A DNA stretch of 64,000 bases from Chiloscyllium plagiosum. Taxonomy: Eukaryota. The first letter of the stretch is position 1, and each line of letters begins with the position of its first letter. Made by a program: the position numbers and the translations under genes. Below are positions 26,016 to 37,455 of this stretch, one piece after another. The stretch covers positions 102,855,676 through 102,919,675 of the forward strand of contig NC_057717.1 of assembly GCF_004010195.1 (NCBI RefSeq). The letters run 5' to 3'. The notes under the pieces were generated by a model. It worked only from the letters and a program-made list of their open reading frames with translations. It was not told where the DNA came from and made no database searches.

Positions 26016-26764
26016 AGCGATAATGCCACAAGGCCATCGCCTTCCCTATGGTTGAAAGTAGACAATTGTGGGGTTGGATTTGTCCTGCTTTCTGTGGACA
26101 GGGTATACCTGGGTCATATCCCACATTGTCAGTGCAGGGCAAGGGCCAGTGTTGTAGCTGTACTGGACCATCCAGGGTGAGGGTGTGGCAAGTTCTTGTG
26201 TCGAAAGTTGGAACCGTGGGTGGAATCCACAGTTAAGTCAGCCGTGATCTTATCAAATGTTGGAGCAGGCCAGGGTTTAGTGAAAGGGGGTGCGAGGTGA
26301 GGGCTGAATGATCTACTTTGCTCAAAATTCGTGTTCTCCATAGTTTTGAAGTGTTACCCCCCCTCCCCCCCGCCCTGTTTTTGAAACTTATTGCTGAATG
26401 TTCAGTCAGCAGCCTTTCAGATCGCACAGTCCAGGTCAAAACGTGGTGTGCTATTTAAAAGCAAAAACTCACGTCATCGAGCAGAACTTGTGCTTTTCCA
26501 GACTCTCAACCTGAGCTGAAGCCCCTCAAACCTGAGACCATCACCCCTGCAAGCCCTTCACATGCCCACCTGAATTGTGATGATCAGAATGCACCATGAT
26601 ACTGCGGCTGGGACCTAACCAATGATTTCTAAAGATCTGTGGTAGCTCACTTATTTCTGTTTGCATTCTGTGCTCTATTTCTGAACGCCAAAGGACACTG
26701 TTTTCAAAAACCGTTTTCTCAACTTGCATCTGCAAGGACCTGTCAACAAGACCTTTAGGTCTAA

Positions 26765-27910
26765 AGGCCATAAGATATAGGCCATTTGGCCCATTGATTC
26801 TGTTCTGCTATTCGATCATGGCTAATATGTTTCTCAAACCCATTCTCCTGCCTTCTCCCTGTAACCCTTTACCACCTTCCTAATGGCTAAGTGGGGGGAC
26901 CACGGTGGCTCAGTGGTTAGCACTGCTGCCTCACAGCACCAGGGTCCCAGCTTGAATTCCAGCCTCGGGCGACTGTCTGTGTGGAGTTTGTACATTCTCC
27001 CCATGTCTGCGTGGGTTTCCTCCAGGCGCTCCGGTTTCCTCCCACATTCCAAAGATGTGCAGGCTCGGTGAATTGGCCCAAGCTAAATTGCCCACAGTGT
27101 TAGCTGCATTAGCCAGAGGGAAATGGGTCTGGGTGGGTTGCTCTTCAGAGGATCAGTGTGGACTTGTTGGGTCGAAGGGCCTGTTTCCACTCTGTAGGGA
27201 ATCTAATCTAATCAAGAACCTATCTGCCTCAATCTTAACTACACAAAATCAGAAGTCACATGATGCCAGATTATAGTCCGACAGGTTTATTTCAAATCAT
27301 AAGCTTTTGGAGTGCTGCTCCTTCATCAGGTTCACTGAAAAAGGTGATTTCAAATACACCTTTTGGACAATAACCTGGTGTCATGTCACTTCCGATTTAT
27401 CCACCCCAATCCAACACCAGCATCTCCACATCTTAAAGACACTCAATGACTTGGCCTCCACAGCCCTCTGTGGCAATGAGTTCCACAGATTCCCCACCCT
27501 CTGGCTGAGGATATTCTACCCCATCTCAGTTCTAAACCTTCACCCTGAGGCTGTGCCCTTGGGTCCTGGTCTCTCCTACTGGTGGAAACATTTCTCTCCA
27601 CGTCCACTCTATCCAGGCCCCTCAGTATTGAGTAAGTTTCAATCAGATTCCCCCTCACCCTTCTGAACTCCATCAAGTACAGACCCAGAGTCATCAACTG
27701 CTCCCCATACGACAAGCCCTTCATCCCCAGGATCACTCTTGTAAACCTCCTCTGGACCCTCCCTCCAAGGCCAGCACATCCTTCCTTAGATACAGGGTCC
27801 AAAGCTGCTCACAATATTTCAAATGCAGAATGACCAGAGCCTCATACTACCTCAGCAGTACATCCCTGTTCTTTCATTCTAGCCCTTACTAAATGCTATC
27901 GTTGCATTTA
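26765..27910 (-). mobile_element. CR1 LINE 3' fragment containing an HE1 SINE (~26893-27212, +) and a decayed Penelope-like fold-back (~27240-27430)
   Basis: RVQRRFTR..LGMKGLSY...EFRR.RG.LIETY ORF remnant; SINE A/B boxes. Confidence 0.85.
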
Positions 27911-27984
27911 AAGTGATAGTGCCCATTTCATTTACGATGGTATGACTTTGAGATGTTAAAAGTTGCCTGTTGTTCCCTCCCTAG

Positions 27985-28097
27985 GCGATTACTGGATTGA
28001 CCCCAATCAAGGCTGTTCTAAGGATTCCTTTAAGGTCTTCTGTAATTTCACCGCAGGTGGAGAAACCTGTATTTTCCCCGACAAGAAGACTGAAGGG
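27985..28097 (+). CDS. col5a3: C-propeptide exon (113 bp): [38 protein letters not shown]
   Basis: ccctag / gtaagt; YWIDPNQGC and NFT glycosylation site; restores phase 0; not in the ORF track. Confidence 0.97.
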
Positions 28098-28584
28098 GTA
28101 AGTTGGCAAGGACATTATATATATATATAGTGCAACAAGATCAGAATGGATCTGTCGATGGAGCACCGCGCACAATCTAATACAAAACATGGTGTTTCCA
28201 CGCCGTCCTTATTCACTCACTCAGCTAGCTAATGGTATTCAGCATCCCATCTCATTGAATTGAATTTATTGTCACGTGTACCGAGGCACAGTGAAAAGCT
28301 TTGTCTTGCGAGCGATACAGTCAGATCACAGAGTTAAGTAGCATAGATAAATAAATAATAGGTAAACAGCAGCAAAAACAAAAACACAGGTATGGGTGAA
28401 TGTTGAGAGTTTGTGAGTCCATTCAGTATCCTAACAACAGTAGGGTAGAAACTGTTTCGAAACCGGCTGGTGCTTGTGTTCAGGCTTCTGTACCTTCTCC
28501 CCTATTACAACGGTTATGGAAAAACATTGCCAGGGTGGGATGGATCTTTTAATTCATTCTGATGTGCAGTGCTTGCTGCACAGT

Positions 28585-28950
28585 GTTAAAAATCACACAA
28601 CACCAGGTTATAGTCCAACAGGTTTAATTGGAAGCACTAGCTTTCTGAGTGCTGCTCCTTCACCAGGTGGTTGTGGAGTACACAATTGGCAGACACAGAA
28701 TTTATAGCAAAAGTTTACAGTGTGATGTAACTGAAATTATATATTGAAAAATTTTTCAATGTATAATTTCAGTTACATCACACTGCAAACTATAAATTCT
28801 GTGTCTTACAATTGTGCCCTGCACAACCACCTGATGAAGGAGCAGCGCTCCGAAAGCTAGTGCTTCCAAATAAACCTGTTGGACTATAACCTGGTGTTGT
28901 GTGATTTTTAACTTTGTACACCCCAGTCCAACACCGGCACCTCCACATCA
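28585..28950. mobile_element. Non-coding fold-back Penelope-like insertion (family A)
   Basis: Inverted arms 28585-28750 and 28751-28912, 38-nt tail, duplication TTGCTGCACAGT at 28573-28584 and 28951-28962. Confidence 0.88.
28828..28862 (+). ncRNA. Minimal type I hammerhead ribozyme (intact core)
   Basis: CAC-CTGATGA-A-GGAGC agc GCTCC-GAA-AGCT-A-GTG: stem I CAC/GTG, 5-bp stem II, palindromic stem III. Confidence 0.8.
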
Positions 28951-29094
28951 TTGCTGCACAGTAACTTTGATATTTTTTAAAGAACTGTTTTTAAAATTTA
29001 TGGCCCCAAAAATGAGGCCTTATTGGTCCATATGCTGTTACATTCTTTCCTACCATCCCTCTTCATTGCATCCTCTGCTCATACCCTTCCATTC

Positions 29095-29530
29095 CCTTCC
29101 AAGTATGGAGGTATTTTCCTGTGAGGAGAGGTTGAGTTGGTTGGGCTTGTGCTCCTTGGAGTTCAGAAGGATGGGAGGAGATCTTATCGAAACATACAAG
29201 ATAGTCAGGAGGCACGATAGGATAGGTGTGGAGAAATTGTCTCCCCTTTGTGGGAGAGTTTAGGACCAGAGGGAATTGTCTCAGTGTAAGGGAGTACTCA
29301 TTTAAGTCAGAAATGAGGAGGAATTTCTTTTCTCAGAGGGGAGTGAATCTCAGAGGGGCTGCTGAGGCTGGATCTATTCAGGAGTGGGGGAGACAGATTT
29401 CTGATCACTAACGGAATCGAATGTTATGGGGTAAAGGCTTGAAGGTGGAGTTGAGATCACCTGTGATCTCATTGAATAGTGGGGTAGACTCAATGGGCCA
29501 ATGACCTACTCCTGCTCCGATTTCTTATGG
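29095..29530 (+). mobile_element. Decayed CR1 3' fragment
   Basis: EERL..LGL.SLEFRRM.GDLIETYKI. Confidence 0.85.
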
Positions 29531-30177
29531 TCTTTCTCCCTTGTGTGTCTGTCCAGCTTCCCCAGTGAATACAGCAGTGCTGTTCAACCTTAACCACTCC
29601 CTCCAGCAACCAGTTCCACATTCTGTCCTGCACCCGCACCACTCTTGAGTAAAAGAGGTTGGTTTTCCATTCCCCATTGAATTGATCAGTTACTTTACTG
29701 CTCTCCTGGAGTTTTGTTCCTCCTGGATGGCAAGTACTTTTTAAAGTATCTCCTATTGAACTCCCTTTCATAATGCCAAAGAACTCTATCAGGCAACCTT
29801 GGATTCAATAGATGAACTGTTTCACAAATGCAGCGGGACCAGCCAGTAGCATACCCAGGCAGAATGACAGAATTGTTATGGCACAGAAGGAGAGTGTTCA
29901 GCCTATCATACAAGCTCTATGCTCTAGTGCCAATATCCTGTCTATTTCCCATACCCCAGCACACTGTTTCTATGCAAGTAATCATCTCATGTTGTCTTGA
30001 ATGTCTCCAATGAACTTGCTGTCCATCACACTGCCAGGCATTTCCAGACTCTCACTGCTCACTGAGTGAAAGCTTTTGTCTCACATTACCTTTGCTTTTG
30101 TACCTCCCATTAAAGGAGCTCCTGATTTATCTATCAAGTGACAATACCATTATTCACTGCCTTCCTACAGTAGCCAT

Positions 30178-30735
30178 GATGTTGGACTGGGGTGGACAAA
30201 GCTAAAGATCACACAACACCAGGTTGTAGTCCAACAGTTTAGAACATAGAACATAGAACATAGAAAAATACAGCGCAGTACAGGCCCTTTGGCCCCTAAT
30301 GTTGCGCCGATCCAAGCCCACCTAACCTACACTAGCCCACTATCCTCCATATGCCTATCCAATGCCCGTTTAAATGCCCATAAAGAGGGAGAGTCCACTA
30401 CTGCTACTGGCAGGGCATTCCATGAACTCACGACTCGCTGAGTAAAGAATCTACCCCTAACATCTGTCCTATACCTACCCTCCTTAATTTAAAGCTATTC
30501 CCCCTCATAATAGCTGACTCCATACGTGGAAAAAGATTCTCATGGTCAACCCTATCTAAACCCCTAATCATCTTGTACACCTCTATCAAGTCTCCAATGA
30601 AAACAGCACTGCTCCATCATCCGGTGGTTGTGGGGCAGGATTCTGACCTGATGAAGGAGCGGCGCTCCGAAAGCTAGTGCTTCCAAATAACCCTGTTGGA
30701 CTACAACCTGGTGTTGTGTGATTTTTAACTTTGTC
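30178..30735. mobile_element. Penelope-like family A fold-back interrupted by a CR1 3' end (~30241-30595, minus strand, (ATAGAAC)n tail)
   Basis: Left arm broken at 30240; right arm 30646-30730 intact. Confidence 0.8.
30646..30679 (+). ncRNA. Minimal hammerhead ribozyme (intact core)
   Basis: CTGATGA-A-GGAGC ggc GCTCC-GAA-AGCT-A-GTG; stem I is only 2 bp here. Confidence 0.72.
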
Positions 30736-31160
30736 CCTAGAGTAGAATGTCAAGGCACAGTGATGGGACCCTGTAAAAGGAAGCCGGGACCTCCTCTAGT
30801 CTTTGTATCAAACTTCCCCCTCTTTGTGGTGATGCCAACAGCCAATGGCAAAGATTTCAACCTCAAACAAAACCAGAAATTACTGGAATAGCTCAACAGG
30901 TCTGGCAGCATCTGTGGAGAGATATCAGCGTTAGCATTTCCGGGCGAATGACCTTTCTTCAGAAGGTTTCAACCTCTCCCTTTCTGAAGCACTTCCTATT
31001 GCAGTTACCAATCGGAACTGATGTAGTTTGTCCTGTTTATTGTCCATCTCTGCATGTGACCCACTCAGTGACTATCCCCAGTGTGTCTGCACTGGGGCTG
31101 ACTAATTGTCATACTGTCTCTGACAGCTCCTGTCATGTCCACACTCTCTGACTTTTCCAG

Positions 31161-31229
31161 GTTAAAGTTGCATCTTGGCATAGGGACAAACCTGGAACCT
31201 GGTACAGCAATTTCAAACGAGGCAAGCAG
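31161..31229 (+). CDS. col5a3: C-propeptide exon (69 bp): VKVASWHRDKPGTWYSNFKRGKQ
   Basis: ttccag / gtaaga; size and W....P..W...F.RGK pattern of the type V/XI variable exon. Confidence 0.95.
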
Positions 31230-32392
31230 GTAAGAGTTCCTGAGGCGAGACTGTGTCTTTAATTCGCGGTATTAACAATATCTCGCATGAATCATAAGAG
31301 AGTTAACACATTAGAATGTGTGAGAGAGAGCGAGAGTCTCATCATAAGTCTCACAGAAGGTCAAATAAATATGTAGCTGAGTATAGTGCTCCTCACAGAA
31401 AGGAATACAAGCAAGAGTAGTCCAGACGAGGAGTAGATGGTAGTGCAATGGTATTCCGAAGCTAATGCTCCAGGGATGTGGGTACAATTTGCATGGCAAC
31501 TGGTTGAATTAAAATGTAATTCATAAATCAGGAATCTAGAAGCTAATCTCTGTGACGGTGACCATTTAAATCATTGTCGATTGTTGTAAAAGCCTATCTG
31601 ATTTGCAGCTGGTCTCTATGTGACTCTAGAACACAACATTCACCAAGGCTCCTCAGACAGCACTTTCCAGCCATGGCCATTATCATCTGGAAGGACAAGG
31701 GCAGCAGACACATGGGAGCACCATCCCCCTGCAAGTCCCCCTCCAGGTCATTCACCATCCTGACTTGGAAATATATTGTTGTTTCCTTCAGTATCACTGG
31801 GTCAGAATTGTAGAATTCCCTCCCGAAAAGCACTATGTGGGTTTGTCCATAGCTCAAGGACTGCTGCGGTTCAGGAAGGCAGCTTACCACCGCCACCTCA
31901 CAATAGTTTCCAAATCCACCCTCTCAAAAAGTTACATGAGCCTACGTGACCAATAAGTGAACACCACACACTTGACCACTCTTGACCTTTGAGTTGCAAA
32001 ATGAAGTCAATCACAAACACACTTGCACATTCTCTACAATACGGCAATGTCCAAATTTCTGCTCTTAGTTTACAATAAAAATGTATTCCTTCCAACGTAC
32101 TGTAACAACTCAACCAATGAGTGTGATTCATTGGCATCACAGACACAGACCATTTAGCCTGCCTGGTCTGTGCTGGTATTTATTCTGTACACCGGCTTCC
32201 TTCTGCCTTACTCCATTTCATCCCTCCGGCAGCAGTAACCATTCCTCATGTGCCCATTTAGCCTCTCCCTTAACCATTCACAGAACGACCCCATTCCAAA
32301 CCAAGGCAATGTTGATGTAACCTCACCCTGTTGGAGTTGGTGTAGGAATTTCCCTACGCTCCTGTATCAGTGTGTGTCTTTTCTCTCCTCAG

Positions 32393-32626
32393 CTCATGTA
32401 CACTGACTCCGATGGAAATCCAGTCCACGTGGTCCAGATGACCTTCCTGCGGCTTCTGAGTGCCATAGCCCGGCAGAGGTTCATCTACAATTGCCAGCAG
32501 TCCATAGGCTGGTATGACGCTGCTGCAAAGAGCTACGAGAGAGCAGTGCGCTTCCGAGGGGCTAATGACGAGGAGCTGTCACAGTCCAAGACCCCGTATA
32601 TCAATGCCATCTATGACGGCTGCAAA
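32393..32626 (+). CDS. col5a3: C-propeptide exon (234 bp): [23 protein letters not shown]...IYDGCK
   Basis: cctcag / gtaagc; [17 protein letters not shown] and DGC motifs. Confidence 0.97.
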
Positions 32627-32804
32627 GTAAGCAACAATTCTTCTGACAAGTGGGGTCAAACTGCTGGGGCTAAACAGTTCAGTGCTTAGCCTGTGCTGTT
32701 GGGATAAAGTCGGCAGACGCTCCCTGGCAGTACTGGGGAGGAGCTGCACTGTTGCATGCAGCGTTGTTCAGCTGAGATGATTGACCTAACTGTTCTCTTG
32801 CGAA

Positions 32805-33790
32805 GAACGATACAGCACAGGACCAGGCCCTTCAGCTGTGCCAACACATCACGCCTTCGTAAACTAAAAGCTTGTTGCCTACATACAGTCCATCTACCCA
32901 GGAGCAGCAAGGTGGCTTAGTGGTTAGCTCTGCTGCCTCACAGCACCGGGGACCTGGGTTCGATTCCAGCCTCGGGTAGCTGTCCTGTGTGGAGTTTGCA
33001 CGTTCTCCCCGTGTCTGTGTGGGTTTCCTCCGGGTGCTCTGGTTTCCTCCCACAGTCCAAAGATGTGCAGGACAGGTGGATTGGCCATGTTAAATTGCAA
33101 AAGTGAGGACTGGAGATCAGAGTCTAGATTAGAGTGGCGCTGGAAAAGTACAGCAGGTCAAGCAGCATCCGAGGAGCAGGAAAATCGACGTTTCGGGCAA
33201 AAGCCCTTCATCAGGAATAGAGGCAGAAAGCCTCCAGGGTAGAGAGATAAATGGGAGGGTGGGGCTGGGGAGAAGGTAGCAAAGAGTACAATAGGTAAAT
33301 GGGGGTGGGGATGGAGGTGATAGGTCAGAGGGAAGGGAAGAGCGGATAGGTGGGAAGGGAGATTGGCAGGTAGAACAGGTCATGAGGACAGTGCTGAGCT
33401 GGAAGGTTAAATTGTCCATAGTGTTAGGTGCAGTAGTTAGAGGGAAATGGGTCTGGGTGGGTTACTCTTCAGATGGTTGGTGTGGGCTTGTTGGGCTGAA
33501 TGGACTGTTTCCATTCTGTAGACATGGTCTGTTTCCATACTGTAAGTAATCTAATCTAATCAAAAAACCTCTTCCCTGTATATTTGTCAAGATGCCTCTT
33601 AAATGTTGCTATTGTATCTGTCTCTAGCATCTCCTCTCGTAGCGCTTTCCAGGCACTTACCACCCTCTGTGTAAAGCAAACCTACATCTCACATCACCCT
33701 TAAACTTACCCGCTTTTTACCTTAAACTTCTGTCCCCTCACAATTGACATTTCTATCCTGGGAAAAGAGACTATCCATTCTATCCATCTC
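32805..33790. mobile_element. Nested cluster: CR1 3' end (-) containing HE1 SINE (32901-33561, +) containing Penelope-like family B (33098-33405, -)
   Basis: SINE resumes in register after the 9-bp duplication GTTAAATTG (33089-33097, 33406-33414). Confidence 0.85.
33183..33218 (-). ncRNA. Minimal hammerhead ribozyme, family B (intact core)
   Basis: Minus strand ATTC-CTGATGA-A-GGGC tttt GCCC-GAA-ACGT-C-GATT. Confidence 0.8.
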
Positions 33791-34058
33791 ATTGTGTAAA
33801 CTTTGGTGAGGAAGTTGGATTTAGCTGGGAACAGGTGACGAAGAATCGTTGGTGGATGGGTATTCCCTCAACTCCCAGCTCCTTGTATCCTGGTCCATAC
33901 CCATCCTTCGGTCAGCTTCACCGAAACAGTTTCCCCATTCTGATGGACATAAGGCCACAATCTTCGGTGCCATGTCCCCTTTTCTTTCACAGGAATCCTT
34001 GCTGCTGTTTTACTGGAATCCTCTCTCCTTTAACATTGCATCCTGTCTTCCCTTGCAG

Positions 34059-34205
34059 CTGAGGAAGGGCTCTGACCACACTGTGCTGGAGATTGAATCG
34101 CCGCGTGTTGTTGACCTGCCCATCAAAGATGTCGCTGTGACTGACTTTGGAGAGCATCAGCAGAAGTTTGGTTTTGAGGTTGGCCCTGTTTGTTTCAACA
34201 GCTAA
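34059..34205 (+). CDS. col5a3: Terminal coding exon: [48 protein letters not shown]
   Basis: ttgcag acceptor; [13 protein letters not shown]-terminus; TAA at 34203-34205. Confidence 0.97.
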   Translation: MRKGSDHTVLEIESPRVVDLPIKDVAVTDFGEHQQKFGFEVGPVCFNS

Positions 34206-35049
34206 ACCTCAGAACCGCGTGCCACACTATTTTCTCTCTCTCTCTCTCTCATGTTTTTCTTTGCAAAATGCACATTTTTTTTGTATTCTCTCTCTTGTCT
34301 CTATTAATCATGCTGCAGATGTTTTTTTTTATTGTGTGAGAATAACAATAAAATAATTCCTGCCCTTGTGGGGCCAAAGTCTTATGACCTTTTGAAGAGG
34401 CCAAGTCAGTGGTGGTTATCTCTGGGTCATTATAAATTCCACAATTGTTTTGCCCCCGACAGTAGATAACTGGAGAGTCTTCTTCCGAGTAATTCCCGAT
34501 TGCTGGAGAGGACTAGTGCGCCAAAACACCTCCCTCCAAGAGGTGTCTTTTCTCCAGTAAGATTCAACCTAGGACCTAGTTCCTCTGTCTCCTAACACAC
34601 AGGCATTTGCAAGTGCAGTGTTGAGCCAGGAGATGACGTTAAGGATTTGGAGCTGGTCCCTTGACACTGGTGGGCTCACACTGTTACCTTGGTAATGAAA
34701 CTGAGAAAGCCAAATATGAAGCTCTAACTAACACTGCGCAGGCTTCAGGCAGACGTTTTCCTGTGACCCCATTGTAGCAATGAATTAAAAATGCCCTTAA
34801 ATCATGTAGATTGATCCTCTGTCAGCTAGTCTTTTTTTTGGAAGAGAAAACTCTCAAACTACGTTTTGACTGCAGTAAAGTTGCCTTAACCCCCTTCACC
34901 TCTTGGATTCAGGGTCCACAATGAAATCTTTAGCACAACTCCTATGTGTAACTGGGTGCTAGATGTGCATGGTAATTAGCACAAGGCTCCACCCTGCTGC
35001 ACAGAGATTGACTGCACTCTGGTGTGTCCCTGCTTGCAACAGGAAACTT

Positions 35050-35225
35050 CTAGCATCCATTCATGTGGAAATACAGTGAGTCTGCAACCCAGGTACAGGC
35101 CATTCCATCTATCAAATAGTCTGTGCTAGCATATGCACTCCATTTATGTGGAAATACAGTGAGTCTGCAACCCAGAAACAGGCCACTCGGTCCATCAAAT
35201 GGTCGATGCTGGCATATGTGGTCCA
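35050..35225. repeat. Imperfect tandem duplication of ~83 bp
   Basis: ATGTGGAAATACAGTGAGTCTGCAACCCAG occurs twice. Confidence 0.85.
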
Positions 35226-36631
35226 CTTCAGTCTCCTACCTGCCATAGCCCAACCCCCTCCCTTACACACACACCCACCCCCACTCCATCCAAACCTCTT
35301 CGCTTCATAAAAAGCCCTTTCCTTCAGGCATTGGCAGTGGGTAATTGTACTCGAGATGAAATGGGATGGAATATTCAATCCCCGGCTGCTTTGAGTCAGT
35401 TTGTGGATCTACCTGTGTGTGAACATGGGCTCCATTTCACCCCAGCCGGCTATAACTGCCCATCTCGACCAACAGCAAATCCCTCTACCTGCTGAGAATG
35501 CTGTTCTGTCTTGGAAACTGGGCAGCCACTGTCTAAATTTTAGATTTTGACTCCTTCTGAGCCTTCCAAAGCTGACTCATTGATTCCACCGAATATTTTG
35601 TTTTCAGGCTGCCATGTGATTTAACACACGACAAATCTTGTTCTTGCAATATGGAGTTGACTGGGGTTTGCAAAATTGCATCAGAGTTACTCCCAAGGGC
35701 AAAGTGACTAACTATAGGTCAATATTAAACAAGAGGTGGAGTAATTCCTTGTAAAATTTCAACTCTGACTAAACAGCCATCTTTTTGCATTAAAGAATCA
35801 ATTACTGAATAACGTTGATTATATTTTCGATGGAGTTTGTGACAATCCGGAACACCATTTGGATTCCAATTTGGAATTTGGATGTTTCTTTGTGCCTTGT
35901 TCCTATCATCCCTCCATTCAAACTGCCTCCTGTGTAAGTTAGTGGCAAAAGAATCACAGGAGAGTTGAAGAGTTTTTTGTTAACAGAGTGAGTTGAGTTT
36001 TGGAACACACTTGGAGAGGCCATGGGCCAGTGGTACATCCTGTCAATAGAAAGCAGTTCAAATCCAACCCTGCAATTGTCACTCCAGTCTCCTCTGACCC
36101 GTAGGAGTGGTGTTGGTCCAGTAGTATTATCACTGGACTATTAGTCCTGGGGATCTGGGTTCAAATCCCGCTAGGGCAGGTAGTGGAATCTGAATTTGAT
36201 TTTTAAAAAAACTGAAATTAAGGGTCAGACTGCAACCAGAAATTGATTGTCAGTGGAACCCTAATGTCCTTTAGGGAAGGAAACTGCCCTACATATGACT
36301 CCAGACCCAGAGTAAAATGGTTGACTTTTAACCGCCCTCTGGTGGTCAGCGACACTCTCATCCCATGAATGAATAAATAAAGGCAAAAAAAACACTTCCT
36401 CGAAAAGGATATGGAGACATGGTCAATAGTCACTTCCGATACGGAATCGGGTAACCATTTGAGGGAGGGAAAAGAGCTGGGGTGGTGAAAAGGGCATGAG
36501 GAGAGTGTGAGACTAATCGGATCGCTTCTCCAAAGACCCAGCCCAGCCACAGTGAGCTGAACGGCCCCCTTCACTGAATGGAAAGAACCCCAGGGCAAAA
36601 TAGCCCTTGTCTGGACAGAGTTCCCATGCAC

Positions 36632-36964
36632 GGTGCAGCATGGTGGCTTAGTGGTTAGCACTGCTGCCTCGCAGCGCCAGGGACCCGGGTTCAATTCCCA
36701 TCTTGGGCAACTGTCTGTGTGGAGTTTGCACGTTCTCCCTATGTCTGCGTGGGTTTCTTCTGAATGCTCTGGTCTCCTCCCACCGTCCAAAAATGTACGG
36801 GTTAGGTGAATTGGCCATGCTAACATTGCCCATGGTCTTAGATGCATTAGTCGGAGGTTAATGTAGGGGAATGAGTCTTGGTGGGTTGCTCTTCGGAAGG
36901 TCGGTGTGGACTTGTTGGGCCGAAGGGCCTGTTTCCACACTGTAGGGAATCCAATCTAATCTAA
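36632..36964 (+). mobile_element. HE1-type SINE, full length
   Basis: A/B boxes, core and (AATCT)n tail. Confidence 0.92.
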
Positions 36965-37089
36965 ATCTGATCAACATTGCATCCAGAGGCATATCCTGTA
37001 AAAGTAAAGGCAAAGGTATCACTGCTTAAAACCGTTGACCCAATGGTGACCACCAATTATTGTAAATGACTAAGTCTGCTCTGGTGGGA

Positions 37090-37455
37090 GCTCCAGTTTC
37101 CTTCCACAGTCCAAAGATGTGCAGGTTAGGTGGATGGGCTGTGCTAGATCATCCCACAGCATGCAGAGATGTGCAGGCTAGGTGGATGGGCTGAGCTAGA
37201 TCGTCCCACAGCATGCAGAGATGTGCAGGCTAGGTGGATGGGCTGTGCTAGATCGTACCACAGCATGCAGAGATGTGCAGGCTAGGTGGATGGGCTGTGC
37301 TAGATCGTCCCACAGCATGCAGAGATGTGCAGGCTAGGTGGGTTAACCATGGGGAACACGGTGATAGGGGGATAGGCTTGGGGGCTGGGTCTCGGCGTGA
37401 TGCTCTTCAGAGGGCAGGTGCAGACCCGATGGGTCGAATGCCCTCTTTCCGCACA
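37090..37455 (+). mobile_element. Partial HE1 SINE with an internal 52-bp tandem array (37115-37341)
   Basis: Unit starts at 37115, 37167, 37219, 37271, 37323. Confidence 0.88.

Noticed and set aside
28098..32392. A second, mutually exclusive 69-bp exon like COL5A1 64A/64B
   Set aside because: Only one candidate found by eye (31161-31229); the acceptor-like site near 29556 reads into a stop. A diverged exon could have been missed.
36632..36705. tRNA genes at SINE heads (also 26893, 40808, 42066, 54040, 56520)
   Set aside because: A/B boxes continue into SINE bodies; no complete cloverleaf or Pol III terminator.
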